The notes under the pieces were generated by a model that was not told where the DNA came from, did not search any database, and worked only from the letters and a program-made list of their open reading frames with translations. The translations under genes and the position numbers were made by a program. Of a stretch of 64,000 bases of DNA, positions 26,030 through 40,000 are shown piece by piece (the first letter of the stretch is position 1; the number at the start of each line of letters is the position of its first letter). The stretch is taken from the NCBI GenBank assembly GCA_012295275.1, contig CM022672.1, positions 28,892,001 through 28,956,000 of the forward strand, read 5' to 3'. This DNA is from Chrysomallon squamiferum (Eukaryota > Animalia > Mollusca).

Positions 26030-28100
26030 CTATACCAGCAAGAGCTATAGATCCTGACAGAGATTCTCAAGCTGAATTGTTCAAAGAAAAGATCAAGGCC
26101 AAACAGTCATCTGGCAGTCAACAACAGAAACTTGAGAGATGATAGTGGAAGAATGATCGGTTCCATGTCTTAAACTACAGGTAATTAACTTTACATTAAA
26201 AACAACACACTAAACCTGTCACAATGGAATACTGAAGAAATCTCAAAGAAAAAGAAACATTTGGCTGTAAGTCTTCACCACAGAAATCTATCCTTGCTAT
26301 CAGTGGATATTAATGAAGATAACATAAAATGTGATTTTAACATTCATTCACAAAATTTTGAATATTTGAGACAATCAGTAGAGCAGATGTACTAGAAGAC
26401 TGGCAGATAATTCAGCAGCTTCAACTATTAAATAGTTCTCAAAATCATCCTACATCTTTTCTGAACAACAACAAAAAATGTAGCTTTTGTTACAAATGAC
26501 CTGGTGGCCAAACTTTTCAGAACTAAACTGAGTCAGTCAGTTAGAACCAACAGCCACAGACTAATGAAACTCACAGTAGATCTCAGGAGGACTGCCAAGA
26601 TGGAGTTACAAATAGTCAAATTGGATGTTTACTCCAACCTGATAGATATCCATATTTTTGTTTATGAAATATTAAAATGATCCCAAGATCGAATCCCAAG
26701 ATAGATTCATGGTGAAATATGTGCTGATGACCTAATTATCTGGTATTCAGATGAATATGCATTACAACAGCCAATAGGAGAATGCAAGCAGATCTGGATA
26801 AAACTGAGACATGGACAAAGACATGGCTTGTTAATTCAATCAAAAGAAATCTGCAGATTGACCAACACAGAACTAAAAGACAACCTACAGTTTGAATGAA
26901 TTAATTACTTCTAGATTTAAGTCAACCTACAATGGATCTGATTTGATTGCAGGATGTCTTGGAGAATGAAGATTAATAGATACAGTGGAAGAGCCAAAAT
27001 GTTTACAACATTTATAAAGAATATTTAAGGATTTGATATTTTAAAAATACATCACAAATAAATATATTAGATCAGCACTAGAATATGGAATTACAAGAAA
27101 CCCATCCAAAAAAAAACCCCAATAAACCAAGAGAAAACATTTCATACACCAGGTATGAATGACAAAAATATTCATAAAGAACTGATGGATCATGGAATTC
27201 CTTCACAGAAGATGTACAACTTTCCAGACATTCAAGACACTGTACCAGTAATTCTGTAAAAGAGAACCTTGACAAATAAAGTAAGAGGAGATTGTAGCCC
27301 TGGATATATGCTTGACTGCCATCAAGATCAATGGACACACAGTGGATACTGATCAAACAGTAGAGGAACCAATCTAAAATGGAGGTGGAATGATTCAAAC
27401 TGAACTCAAAGATGGGGGGAAAAAATCATTTCTAGATTCAGATTTCGTTCTGAACAATTGACGAAGGAGAAGAAGATGTGTGAATATGATGTATCTGCTT
27501 TAAGAACAGGCAAAAACTCACCCAATTAAAAGTTTAAAAAGGAAGTCATGAGAAATGCAGCAGCAAATCTGTAGAGAAACAGAAAAGTGATCATCTTTTC
27601 AGTTGCTCTCTCTGTTCTCCAGACTCTCAAAGATACCAAAAAGTTAAAATTGAATGATCTGGCTAGTAATGATTCTGCACTGAACTTTGCCTCTGAACAA
27701 CAAAATACAGTGGATACCATCACACTGCAAGAAATGAGGAAGTAGATAAACTAGCAACAGGAGGTAACAGAAATCCCACATGAGAAGATGCAGACAACAA
27801 GTAAAATAAACACACAAGAGACTATGGCTGCAAAAAGAACCCAGATTATATATTCAGAGACAGCTAACAGCAGCTTCCAAGACAAATCAAGTCGTGGTGA
27901 AACCCAGGTGCTTAGGTTTCAGATAATCTTACAAGTATACAAAATTCTGAATGGGTGATACTAGAACAACCCAGTGTGGCCCAGCCCATTTGACAATGGT
28001 CTTGAGAAGTTTAACCTTAAGACCTAAAGGAGGAATGTTTTGTATTGAAGGAAAACTTAAGTTCACCAAAGTATTTGTTCCAGCGGCTGGGGTCCTGGTC
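26030..28100 (+). mobile_element. Decayed, internally deleted I-group LINE fragment 3 (endonuclease, RT C-half, RNase H, 3' end)
   Basis: EN motifs QWNTEEISKKKKHLA (26222), DFNIHS (26333), LEDWQIIQQLQLLN...PT (~26392) and NVAFVTNDL...SHRLMKLTVDL. RT motif ICADDLIIWYSDE (~26717). RNase H motifs WTH-VDTDQTVEE..NGGG (~27332), KVIIFSVALSVLQTL (~27584) and IQWIPSHC/NEEVDKLA (27705-27760). RNase H after RT is typical of the I group. Confidence 0.88.
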
Positions 28101-28839
28101 TGAGTATGGTGTGTTTGGTTTGTTTCATTTTGAGGTACGGCTGGTTTATGTTGTGATTTTATGTTAAGATTTGTAGAGAATGTGATCTGTATGGTGTGAA
28201 TCTGTTTTATGTCTGTATTGAAGTTATGTAGTCTGATTTGTACTCTGTGTTGATTTTTCTGTAAACTTAATACTGTTGACTTAATAATTAAATTTTCAAG
28301 TTTCTAAAAGAGACTACTGTTTGGAAAACTTTAAATACTCTGTCTATAGTCAGTCATGTTTAATTACTGTTAATAAAGGAAATTAATTATGTTTATTTGT
28401 AACTATACAAGTTTCTACAAGAATACAGTTTTAGTTTAAAGATGAGTTATTTTTGTTATTTTGTTTCCTTTTATTTATTCATTTTAATTTTACTAAGATT
28501 TAATTGCATCATTACTTTCAGAAAAAGAGTTTTTTTCTGCACCAGTTGTTGTAGAAATCAACTCTTCTCCACTAAATCATCAGTTGCAATCTTTCAGTTT
28601 TCCAAGGCACTGTTTGCTTCTCATTCGGAAAGATGAAAAAACAAGGTATGAAATTTTAGATGATATAAAAAAATAATTCTAAAGAAAATAATGGTTTTCA
28701 TACTGAACATGTCAAGTTTAACATGTTTTACAAGATCAAGTTCTGAATATTTTAAGAATTTAAGATAGTGGTCTGCATAAAATCTTTTTTATAAATGTTT
28801 TATTATTATGATTGTTATTATTATAACTGCTACTACTAG

Positions 28840-28878
<39 letters not shown>

Positions 28879-29229
28879 ACTGCTATTACTACTACTGTTA
28901 TTATTGGTATTATGTTTTTATTAAGTCTTACATGAGTAGTTTCAATTGAAAAATCATTTTCACTTAGGGAAGCCATCCTTGTAATATTTTGCTGACATCT
29001 GAAAGCATTCATTTCCAGTTAATATTGTTCACCTTCTAAATAAAGAATACAAGATTATGAATGAAAAGAAATCACATAAATGCATATTAGAATTGTGAAA
29101 AAAGACTTCTGTTATTATTTTATTTTCTTGTTTTTTTGTGTGACAAATAACAGATCCAGCAGTACACAAAACACACTGTGCGATGATGTGTTGTACTTCT
29201 ATCTCTGTCCCGATTACCAGAACCTCAAG

Positions 29230-30260
29230 AAATAAGTGTGGCCTTAAGACCTCAAAGGAGGAATGTTTTGAACTGAAGGAAAACTTACAGTGTAGAGAAG
29301 TATTTGATCCAGCTAGTGGGGTTCCTGTGGTGTGCTTGGTTTGTTTTGTTTTCAGGTATGATTGGTATATGTGGTTTGTGTTGTGATTTAATGTTCAATA
29401 TATGCAGAGTATGTGATCTGTATGGTGTGAGTCTGTTTTATGTATGTAATGAAGTGTATGTTGTGGAATTGATTTGTATTATTTGTTGATTTTTCTGTAA
29501 ATTTAATCCTGTTGACTTAATAATTATATTTGCAAGTTTCTAAAAGGGACTACTGTTTGGTGATCCTGTGAAAACTTTAAATACTATGTCTATATTCAGT
29601 CATGTTTAATTACTGTTAATAAAGGAAATTAATTTAGTTTATTTGTAACTATACAAGTTTTTATAGATTTAGTTTACAGTTATTGAGTTATTTTTGTTAT
29701 TTTGCTTCCTTTTATTTATTCATTTTAATTTAAATAAGTTTTAATTGCATCATTACTTTCAGTTTATTTCTGTAGCAGTTGCTGTAGAAATCAAATCCTC
29801 TCTACTAAATCAATCTTCCAAATTTCATAGGTACCAAGATTTGGACATCAGCCTGAAAAATGAACAAACAATGTATGAAAGTTTAGATATGTGATAATAG
29901 ATATTAATAAAGGAAATTTCATACCCAACATATCCAACTGAAGATTTTTTGCATGAATCAGTTGTGAATATTTCAGTATGAATATTATACTGTTTGTTTA
30001 TATTTGGTTGTTTGCTTGAAAGTATTTTATAGACATTTTACTGTTATTATTATTATTATTATTATTATTTACTTATGTAATTAGAAATCCAAAATTGTAG
30101 ATTTTTTTTCAAGGCATCCCTTGTAATATTTTTGTTGCATTTGAAAACTGCAAAGCTTTCATTTCCAGATGATGTTGTTCTTCACCTGCTAAATAAAGAA
30201 CAGCATTATGAATAAAAACAAATCCCACAGAAGCATTTTATAAATGTGACAAATTAACTT
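29230..30260 (+). repeat. Fourth copy of the LINE 3' end plus the same AT-rich downstream flank (old tandem duplication)
   Basis: aaaggaggaatgttttg..tgaaggaaaactta occurs at 28026 and 29253, with a related copy at ~24961. It is followed by shared flank motifs ttctgtaaa.tta, catca.tactttcag, gttg.tgtagaaatcaa and ttcatttccag in 25000-25620, 28100-29160 and 29330-30260. Confidence 0.8.
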
Positions 30261-30553
30261 CTATTATTATTTTAATTTTTTAATTTTCTGATTTTTTAAT
30301 CTTTACTTTACAAAAATTTTATGTTCATTAACATATATTTGTTATTTATTTTATTTCAAAAACTGTTATAACTTTTAGCATTCATTGTCTTTATAGGCTA
30401 TCTGATTTGAATGGAATAATCAAATTTTCATTTGATAATCCTGTGAAAGTATTAAAACAAAAGTGTAAATAATAATTTAAGCATGAATAAATTTAATTCT
30501 TCACTTGGTGTAAAGGTTTTCAATTTGTCTACTTTTATTATTGCTGTTGTTGT

Positions 30554-31238
30554 AATAATCATGTAACAACTACAAATCGAACAAAGTAATGTTCTATTTG
30601 TTTTGAATATCTTTAGAATTGCTTTATTTATTCTAATAAGATTCACTTAATCATCTTTATATTTATTGTAAACATTTGATAATCCTGTGAATGAATGAAA
30701 AGCAAAATGTGTTATTATTGTCATAATAATTATTATTATTTAACTGTTGTCATTTTTTTTTAATGTTTTGATATTGGAGCAGCTAATCTCTAACACATCT
30801 GCCATATTTTCAAACAACATTTAAGAATACATTTTAAACATTACAACAGTGTAATATCAGTAACAAGCCTGCATAATTCACCAAAATATCAATAATATCA
30901 TGGGCATTGTAACATTATTGATATTAAAACACTTAATTTCACAATGTACCTGCTTGACTCTTCTCTTTTCCAACAGCTGACTATTAGATAATATTACCAA
31001 TGAAAAAGGGTTGGTTAGTTGTTTCTATTAAAAGAAAACTGAATGTTCTCAGGAAATATCACCTAAGAAAAAATTATTTACACATTTTGCTTCTTCTTTC
31101 ATTCACAGGATTATCAAATGTTTATAACTAAATATGAAAATGATTAAGTAAATCTTATTAGAATAAATAAAACAAATCTAAAGATATTCAAAGGAAACAG
31201 AACATTATTTGTTCTATTTATATTTATACATGATTATT
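30554..31238. repeat. Imperfect inverted repeat (arms ~30554-30712 and ~31080-31238), foldback/MITE-like
   Basis: The left arm ...tctttagaattgctttatttattctaataagattcacttaatcat...aaacatttgataatcctgtgaatgaa...agcaaaatgtgt is the reverse complement of the right arm acacattttgct...ttcattcacaggattatcaaatgttt...tgattaagtaaatcttattagaataaataaa...ctaaagatattcaaa. Confidence 0.8.
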
Positions 31239-32571
31239 ATTTATTTATTCATTCATTTAATTATTTTAGTTTTAGGGTTTTTTTTAAAGATATTAAGTAA
31301 TCCAAATAATTTTGATGTTGTTGAAATAGCTTTGAAATTTTCTTAAGATATGTTATTCTACAAGTGATATCATTCTGTGCCTGTAAATAAAAAAATAGAA
31401 CTGTTATTTCATAAAAATCATACAAATTTTCTATTTGCATAGAACTGTATTGATTATTATATATTTTATAAATTTTAATATTCTAATGAAAGGCATCAAG
31501 AAATTAAGTATATAAAAAGTAAAGAAAAATTAAGAATATTTAAATAATAATAATAACAATAACAGTAATAACAAAGTTATAATTCTTCAAGACAGATTTA
31601 ATTGTTACACATTTTATTTTCTAAAATTCTATTTTCCTTTAACTAATCAGATTTAATAATCAGACTGGATTAAATCTAAATCTGTTAATTACTATGAATT
31701 CAATACATTTTGTATCATTTTCTTTTTTTTTTTCCCCATTAGTGATTTCAGTTTGAAATGACTGATTATGTATCATACCAGCTTGAAACACAGATCAGAT
31801 ATTTGCTGACTGAGTTCAATGAATGATTCACAAAAACTAAATGTGTGTTGATTTGTTTGTTATTCTCGGTTCTATTTACTTACTAAAATAGATATCCAAT
31901 CCAAGAAAAAGGAAATTTGGCAAAGCAGGAACTAAAAGAAATTAACTTTATTAACAGATAAACAGCAGACCTGTTACTAGCTTCCACTGCCAGGATTAAT
32001 TAGACCACAGATAACGGACAAGTCTGTTAAAGATACTGGAGCAGCTAATCTCTAACATGTCTGCCGTATTTACTAACAAAACATAAAAGAATAAAAGTCT
32101 TTTACAGGTTACAGCAATGATATATCAGTAACAAGTCTGGCTGATTCACAGAAATACCAGTAATATCACGGGCAGTGTAATATTATTGATTTTCACATTT
32201 ATACATCTTTTTAATTTTTAGAATATTTAATTTAATAATATGCCTGCTTGTCATTTCTTTTGAGATTACGATAGAAAGTGTTTCTTTTGAGATTACGATA
32301 CAGATAAATTGTAAGTGTAATATTGTAACTGTTAATCTATTTTTCAAGAGTATTAAAACAAATACAACTGCAGTTTTTAATCAATGGTAAGCGACTTAAC
32401 GATTCATACTCAGTCTGGTTCGAATATTTGGATCAGTTGGTGTATAGCTGGTATACTCTATTCTCAGTGACAAAACATTTAAAAGTAATATTACTGCAGT
32501 TATTTAGATTAAAGACAACTGTCAGTAAGTTATTTATTTTCTCTTTTTACTGTCTTAAATGAACTCTACTA

Positions 32572-32613
<42 letters not shown>

Positions 32614-33557
32614 ACGTATCTTAAAAGATCTAAATTTGTTTATATACTTATCTTATATCAATCGGTATATTTTCCGGTTTTCTTGTCTCTTGTAATGACT
32701 TCTGCTAGTTTATGGAATAAATTCGTTGATCGGAAGAGAATCTGTGTTTTCACCGTGGTATAGCCGTACAGTGCTGATTAATGAAACAATATTCTTTCTA
32801 CAGTTCATGGTGAAAAGATATTGATAAAGATAATGTTTATATTCCGTTATTAATGTTGCGTGATTACAAGTCAAAAGATATTCCGATATCGGATATACTG
32901 CTAAATAAGTTACTTTATAAAAATATCAAACACTTAAAACCTACGTCGAATGTATTAAAAAATAGCTAATACATTCTGCGCTTTACACATTAATAAAATA
33001 TATATCCAAAACGGATCAGTCCTACTGAAAGGACGATTTTCAAAAATACTCGTGATTGAAATCAGTCAGTTCACGACTGCTGTCTTTTCGATAACACGTG
33101 CGTGTTTACATCGGTAAATAAGACAAGTTTCGGCTAATTATTTGGGACGTTTACAAAAATTAATTAGACTCAATGACGGCCCTCAATGGCGTTTCCCCTC
33201 AATGACGGCCACTTGATACTTGAGCAAACTGCTTGAAGCTGGTCTTGGGAAGATGTTAATTTCACTGAACGCATTTTAAAACCTGTAATTTAGTTACCAA
33301 AGTACTCCGAAACATGATGGTAACAATATCACTCTTACCACATGGAATTCTGCAGTTGACGTTATTTATTTAGTTTAGTCACATCAATTAGTAAATAATC
33401 CTATATCTATATTAAGTACAACAAAACTGCACGGTATAGAAATAGAATTGTTTTTATTAAGGAAGGGAAAGTAATCAAACTGAACAAACCAAAACAATGA
33501 GGGTAATGGTTTATTTTTATTACAGCGATGTTATTTTAATTTTTGGTTAAGAAGAAA

Positions 33558-33600
33558 AAATAAATAAATAAATAAATAAATAAAAATAAAAATAAAAATA

Positions 33601-33656
<56 letters not shown>

Positions 33657-33680
33657 TAATGATAATAATAATAATAAATA
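33558..33680. repeat. (AAAT)n/(AAT)n microsatellite; similar tracts at 25425-25482, 32575-32611, 56320-56360 and 61466-61524; (CTA)n ~28838-28877; (TG)n 51699-51729; (CA)n 58233-58287
   Basis: Directly visible simple repeats. Confidence 0.95.
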
Positions 33681-36609
33681 GAAGAAATATTTGTCTTGGT
33701 TTTATTGATTTTGACTATAATTTTGTGTTTGTAATATAGATCATAGTGATATAAATTACAAGTAGTTAGGTAAGGTGTGAAGTGCTGTGGAACCTTTATT
33801 TTTGTAAATTAGGCATATATTAAACTGTTGATCTTTTTATTTTTATTTTTAAATTTATTTTTTATTTATTTTATAAATTTAAAAAAAAAAAAATGTTATT
33901 ATTTTTTTTTTTATTGCCATATAAGATATTAATTATTATCTTCATACTAAATAACATCTGAGCAAAAGAATAATAAATAGAAACATTTGGGCTACATTTT
34001 TAACTCTGGATCACAATAAACCAGCAACCATGTTAATCTTTTGTAATATAATATTACATAGCTCTTTCTTGTATGTCTATTATCATTCCTACATTTGTTT
34101 TGTTATAGATTAATTTATGATTATAATTTTTGGACACTATTTGCTAATCTTTCTCAGCATGCTTCCAGTTTATCTAGTGGCTTTCTAAAGCCTCCACACA
34201 AAAGATTAATTCTGTTTAATAATAAAATAAATTTTGCCCACTTATAAACCAGCCCTGGTGCTGCATCCCTATGAGGATGTTTGGGTAATTCGTCATACTC
34301 TGAATCAGTACAAATTGCTGTGAGATATGTAGAAGAAATGTGCAATAAAATGAGTTAACAGATATAAATTATCTTCCTGCCAAGGGTTCCAGTTAAAATA
34401 ATGGTGTGATTATTATAAATTAAAAGCAGTAGCCAGATTTCCCATTTCAAATTATAAGTAACCATAATTCCTCCTGGGTGGAATAATAGGTCAGAATTAG
34501 CAGAATAACCTAAAATACCTATTGTCTCCATAGATAGGTCTCCTGCCCATAGGGCTTACTCCCATTTGATCGAATTCCCCCTGTTGGCCAAACTGCTAAA
34601 ACCACAACAGTGGTCTTACTGACATGCATTTTGTTACCTCAAGTTATTACAATGAACTACTCCAGATTATTTGGAAACCGATTGTTGTTGTACAGATCAT
34701 ATGGATGTCACTTATCACAAAAGTATGCAAGTGTGACAAATATCAAAATAATCCATGTACTGAATGTAGAGAATGTCTAAATAACTAAAGAAGAAGGTTT
34801 TCATCTAAAAAAAACATCTTCTTATATACTCAAGAGGCCATGGAGAACATATTGGTAAATAAACCATTGTCCATCTCTGATGAAAGTTTGTATATACAGT
34901 TTTATTCACAAAAGGCCATGGTGAACCTATGAAAAGCTATAAAGAGGCCATGTTCATTACATAAACAGATAATCAGATTTGTGTACGTTGGTAAATAAAC
35001 TATTGTCCGTCTATAATCAAAACTTGGATGAACATGAAGAGGCCATGTAATCAGGTATTTCAGTAGACAAGTTATTTCGACCAAGTGGAAATTTGACCAG
35101 TTGGGATGACAACACCCATAGTCATAATTCACATTACAGTTTACTCAGAGAAAGCTCTATGGTAAAATATAATTCAATAAATTGTCAGATGTCAATAAAA
35201 AGAATTACAAACCCTTGTACATGGCCCATGTGAAATAAACATTAAGAATCAAAGATATTTCTTGAATAAAATTTTCTTTGATGTTGTTGTCTTTCTTTTA
35301 AACCATTCAGCAAACAAAAACCTGAGAACATGGTAAAATAGATTTGGACTAGAAATCCATTTGATCAAATAAATATTCAAAGACATTTACCATAACTTTT
35401 TCTTTCAACATAACTTTTTTTATTATTTTTTATTTTTTTATTTTTTGATATTTTATTCCAAAGTAATGATTGAACAAATTATAACATTTATTATCTCTTT
35501 TATTACCTTCCAGTCCAAATAAGAAAAATTACATTCATTTCAAACTCATCTTTAATGAACAGTGATATGGGTATCAACACTGTTTATATTCAAAAATATA
35601 TGTAAAACAGTAAATTATGAAGTAATCCTTGTCATTGACAGTTTTGTGTAATTTAAATTCTTCACAGGAAATTTGTAGTTATTCACTGTAATCAAATTCT
35701 CTTTTTCACAATTTATGGTTTTCTTAACAGCATTGTAAATAAACATAACATACACAAATTACAAATCTTTTAAATTAAACAAATAAAATAAAACAAACAA
35801 ATGACACATTCATTTATATCCTTTATTCATGTATTTATTGTTAAACACTACAATAGCAGAACACATAATGTTTTGTGTGTATCAGGATGACTAACAATGG
35901 CCATACACTCAAGTTTAATGTAAAATAATAACAATATTAATTAATGAAACATCAATTTAAAATATTCTGATAATTACTATCAAGATTATTAAAATAACAG
36001 TACAGAGAATAATTAATATAAGCCATATAAATTGTACTGTTTGTAATACACTGTGTTTAAAAAATAATATTAATTATAATAATATTAAACACAATTTTAA
36101 ATATTCACTGAAGATGATAACAAAACACACAGTTTAGCATTGTAACAGAATACTAACATTATAAAACATTATTTAAAAATAGAGGCACAAAAAAAGACAG
36201 CAAAATCCAACAAAAAAACAACAACAAAACAAGGTCAATTAAAAATACAAAAAATTAAAAAATTAATTGACAAACAGATGTAGATATACAGTATTGATTA
36301 ACAGTAACATTATAAACCTATATATTTAATCAACTTCAGATTAAAGATTTAAAATTTAGCATTTAACAAAATGGTAACAATAAAATGTACTTTAACATAA
36401 ATAATAATAATAGTGTAAATAATGGTTATATTCTTTAAAACTCATACAAAATATGGTATAAGATAACAATGAAATAATATTCATAAAATATTACTGAATA
36501 TATTTTATAAATGTCAGCCAATATATCAAAATATTTAAAATAAATATAGTAACAATAATTGTCATCTGTACATTTTGTGACCAATGACACTAACAGAAAC
36601 GGAAGCATG

Positions 36610-37030
36610 CTTGACAGTCTTACATTCTGACCTTCGCCTGACAGTGCGACTGTGACAGTAAAGTGCTGGAGTGCGTTTGTCATAGTCACCCTTTCTGACC
36701 TTTGCCTGACAGCATCACTGTGACAGTAGAGCACTGAAGTATGTCATAGTCACCCTTTCTGACCTTCACCTGATAGTGTGACTGTAACAGTAGAGTGCAG
36801 GAGTGTGTCTATCATAGTCACCCTTTCTGACCTTTGCCTGACAGTGCGACTGTGACAGTAGAGCACAGGAGTCTGTCTGTCATTGTCACCCTTTCTGACG
36901 TTTGCCTGATAGTGCAACTGTGACAGTAAAGTGCTGAAATATGTTTGTCATAGTCACACTTTCTATCCAATGCAAAATACTGCAAGAGATGGAGAGTGTT
37001 TGTCAGTCACTTTCCAACCTTCACCAGATA
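36610..37030. repeat. Minisatellite, ~68-bp unit, about 6 copies
   Basis: tcatagtcaccctttctgacct...cctgacagtgcgactgtgacagtagag recurs at 36680, 36744, 36812, 36880 and 36948. Confidence 0.9.
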
Positions 37031-40000
37031 GTAAAGAGTTTGGATAATGATGCCTAGTACTGTGAATGTGACAATGAAGGGAATATGCCTCTTATGGTTA
37101 CACTTTCTGATTAACATTAATGTCACTGACAGTACTGTTTAATAGCAGAAAAAGATGACATTCTTGTTAAGTTGGCAGAGCTACAACTGTGTACAGCAAC
37201 AGGTGTTGTTAATGGCATTTCTTTAAACAGTTCAGTTTGGCCTGATTTATTGTCTAGGACAAGACACTTCATTAAAAGAATTACAAGAATTTTTCAAGGA
37301 TAACAAGAGTAAGAGAGATCAGTAAGTTGATCAAATCAAAAGTTATAAAGATATTTAGCAAATATTTAGCAAACAGGAATTTAAAAAGATGAGAATTTGT
37401 TGGTTGTTATTTTTTGAATGTTTTATTATTATTTAATTTTTGTTTTTTGATTTTTTTTGGTGAAATTGTGTATGTATAAATATATGTACGAAAACTCAAA
37501 AAAAAAACAACAACATGTTGCTGTTATTTCATTGGTTAATCATATTGCAAGGAATCTTATGTCACCTTTCAACAAAAGTATGTGTGTGGATATGTGTCTG
37601 AGTTTGTATATGTGTTTTTAGCATGTATGTTGTTAACTGGTGTACTTCGATGACTATCAGAATATTTAATTATTTCTTTCAGAAATAAAGCATTTTCTAA
37701 AGAAACACAATTAAAAATTATATATGTTTTTCCCATGAATAACACTTTTCAATGTTTTACTGACTTGTAACCTAACAAAACTTAGTTGGACAGCTTGCTT
37801 TAAGAAGACAAAAGATTGCACTATGAAAAAATAAAAAAACTGAGTAGGAAATTTAAAATAGAATGAATAATGAATATTGTGATGCTAGAACAATTTACAA
37901 TATGACAGAATAGTGGTCATTTAAATAATTTGTTCTGAGTATATGAAGACTCACAGACAATTCTCAGACAAAAAGCTGAAACACTGAAAGGAACTCATAA
38001 TAAAAAAAGTTGTAATAAAAATAAGTTTCTATGGAAGATAGATACATGAAATAACTTATTAATTTTCAGTCTGTTAAACAGCACAGAGAAGACGTTCTGA
38101 ACTCAGAAAACAGCAAGAGACAATAAAAGAAGGGTATACAACAAATACCAAAAAACAACAACACACAAACAAAAAAAACATTGAACAGAAATTAGTTATA
38201 GTCATTAACTTTCAGTTCTGGGCAAACAGGAAGGGGCAGTTATTCTGAATTCCCAGGACAGCAAGCTATGAAATTTATAAGGATATATAAATATAAAAGA
38301 ATAATCAGTGACTGACAGAATTGATAAATACTTCCATTAATCTTCAGCAAAAGCACAGAGAAAATATTCTGAATTTCCAGGACAGCAAGATATAATAAAA
38401 TAATGTTTCTATGAAATCAACAAAGTTGTTTAGATATACATAAAAAAACATACAATCTTTAGAATTGAAAAATACTTTCACTGACTTTCAGTTCTGGCAA
38501 ACAGCAGAGACAATTTTCAGAATGACAATAGAAGAATGTTTCTGTAAAAGACAAATTCTCTTATATGATTAAAAAATAACTCTAGCAATTGAAGTCTCAC
38601 ATTTAACTTGCATTCTGAGCAAACAAAATGATTAGCTTATACTGAATTCCCTGGACAGCAACTTAAACAAGAATATTTCTATTAAATTTAAATCAAGAAG
38701 ATTCAGAAACAACTATATAGTGATAGTAAAGAATTAAAAAAAAATAAAGAAACAAAAATAAAGAAAATACCAGCAACATACAACGAGAAGATTTCTGTAT
38801 ATAGTCAGAAGTTGGGTTGGTTGGCAATACTGTGTAGGTGAATTTCTTTAAAAAAAAAAAGAAAAAAAAAAAAAAAAATGTGTTCTTTGATAGTGTTTCT
38901 CTTTTTTCTTTTTTGTTGTTGTTTTCTTCTGTTTTATTTTGGCTTTGGTATGTACATTTTTTTTTTTTTTTTTTTAGATATGTTATTTTGTTATGTTCAT
39001 TTACTTATTTTTCTATTTTTGTCACAGTTCTTTTTTTCTTTTTTTTCTTTTTTTCAATTGATATTAATTATTTTTCTGGGATAAGTTTGGGAAACTAAAC
39101 TGAAATACCAGATAACAATTTAAATTTTAATATATATATATATAGAGTTAAAACAAATGAATAAGTAAAAAATTACATATATTATGAAACATTCATTCAG
39201 ACATTATATATAAAACAATCAACTAGAAGAATATTTTTCTACTATTACTGAGATTCTGTTGCTACTGCTATTATAACACTGTTACTATTACTACTGCTGC
39301 TATTATCAGAAGTAGTATTTATCATGCCACAATGATTATTACTATTAATTACTACTATCACTGTTAAAACTTTTAGTCTGTACTTTGTTATTAGCTGAAT
39401 TTAATTTTTCACTGCATTAAAATGATGCTGGAGAGAAAAATACCTGTTGTTCCAAGAGCTACTCCCATTAATGACCATCAACCCATTTTTTATGAGAACA
39501 AACCCAAACACAAATGATAAGACATCAGTGTTTTAAACACATCAGTTATGGCTGCCTGTAATGGTTGATTTAAAACTCTTGGTATACAGAAGAGTAGTGA
39601 TATTGTGATTTATTAATTTTTAAAAAAAAGATGATAACAGCAGAAATAATAAAGTATGTCTTGAATAATCTAATTTATTCTGTTTTCTGGGAATACAACT
39701 GAAGTGCCATTATTGAATTCCAAGGAAACAGAATTAAAATAGTTGAACATGAAAATCAGTGAGAAGTAAAGACACCATTAAAAAAAAAAAAAAAAAAAAA
39801 AATGAAGGAAGTCCATTGAGGATACATTATAATCCTGATATTAGAAAGCAGGAACTAAGATAATCTACTGGCCTGACTGGCCACAGTTCTCACTGAACAT
39901 ATTGATAATTGACTGGAATAGATCGTGGAATGACAACCAAGTTTTTATATATTTAAAATATTGTTAAATGTTTTAAATCAGTTTTATAAAGCTTGATAAG

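Noticed and set aside
34154-35132. Short ORFs in a slightly GC-richer stretch with repeated agaggccatg
   Set aside because: Stops in the frames I translated and no family motif. It looks like a degenerate local repeat.
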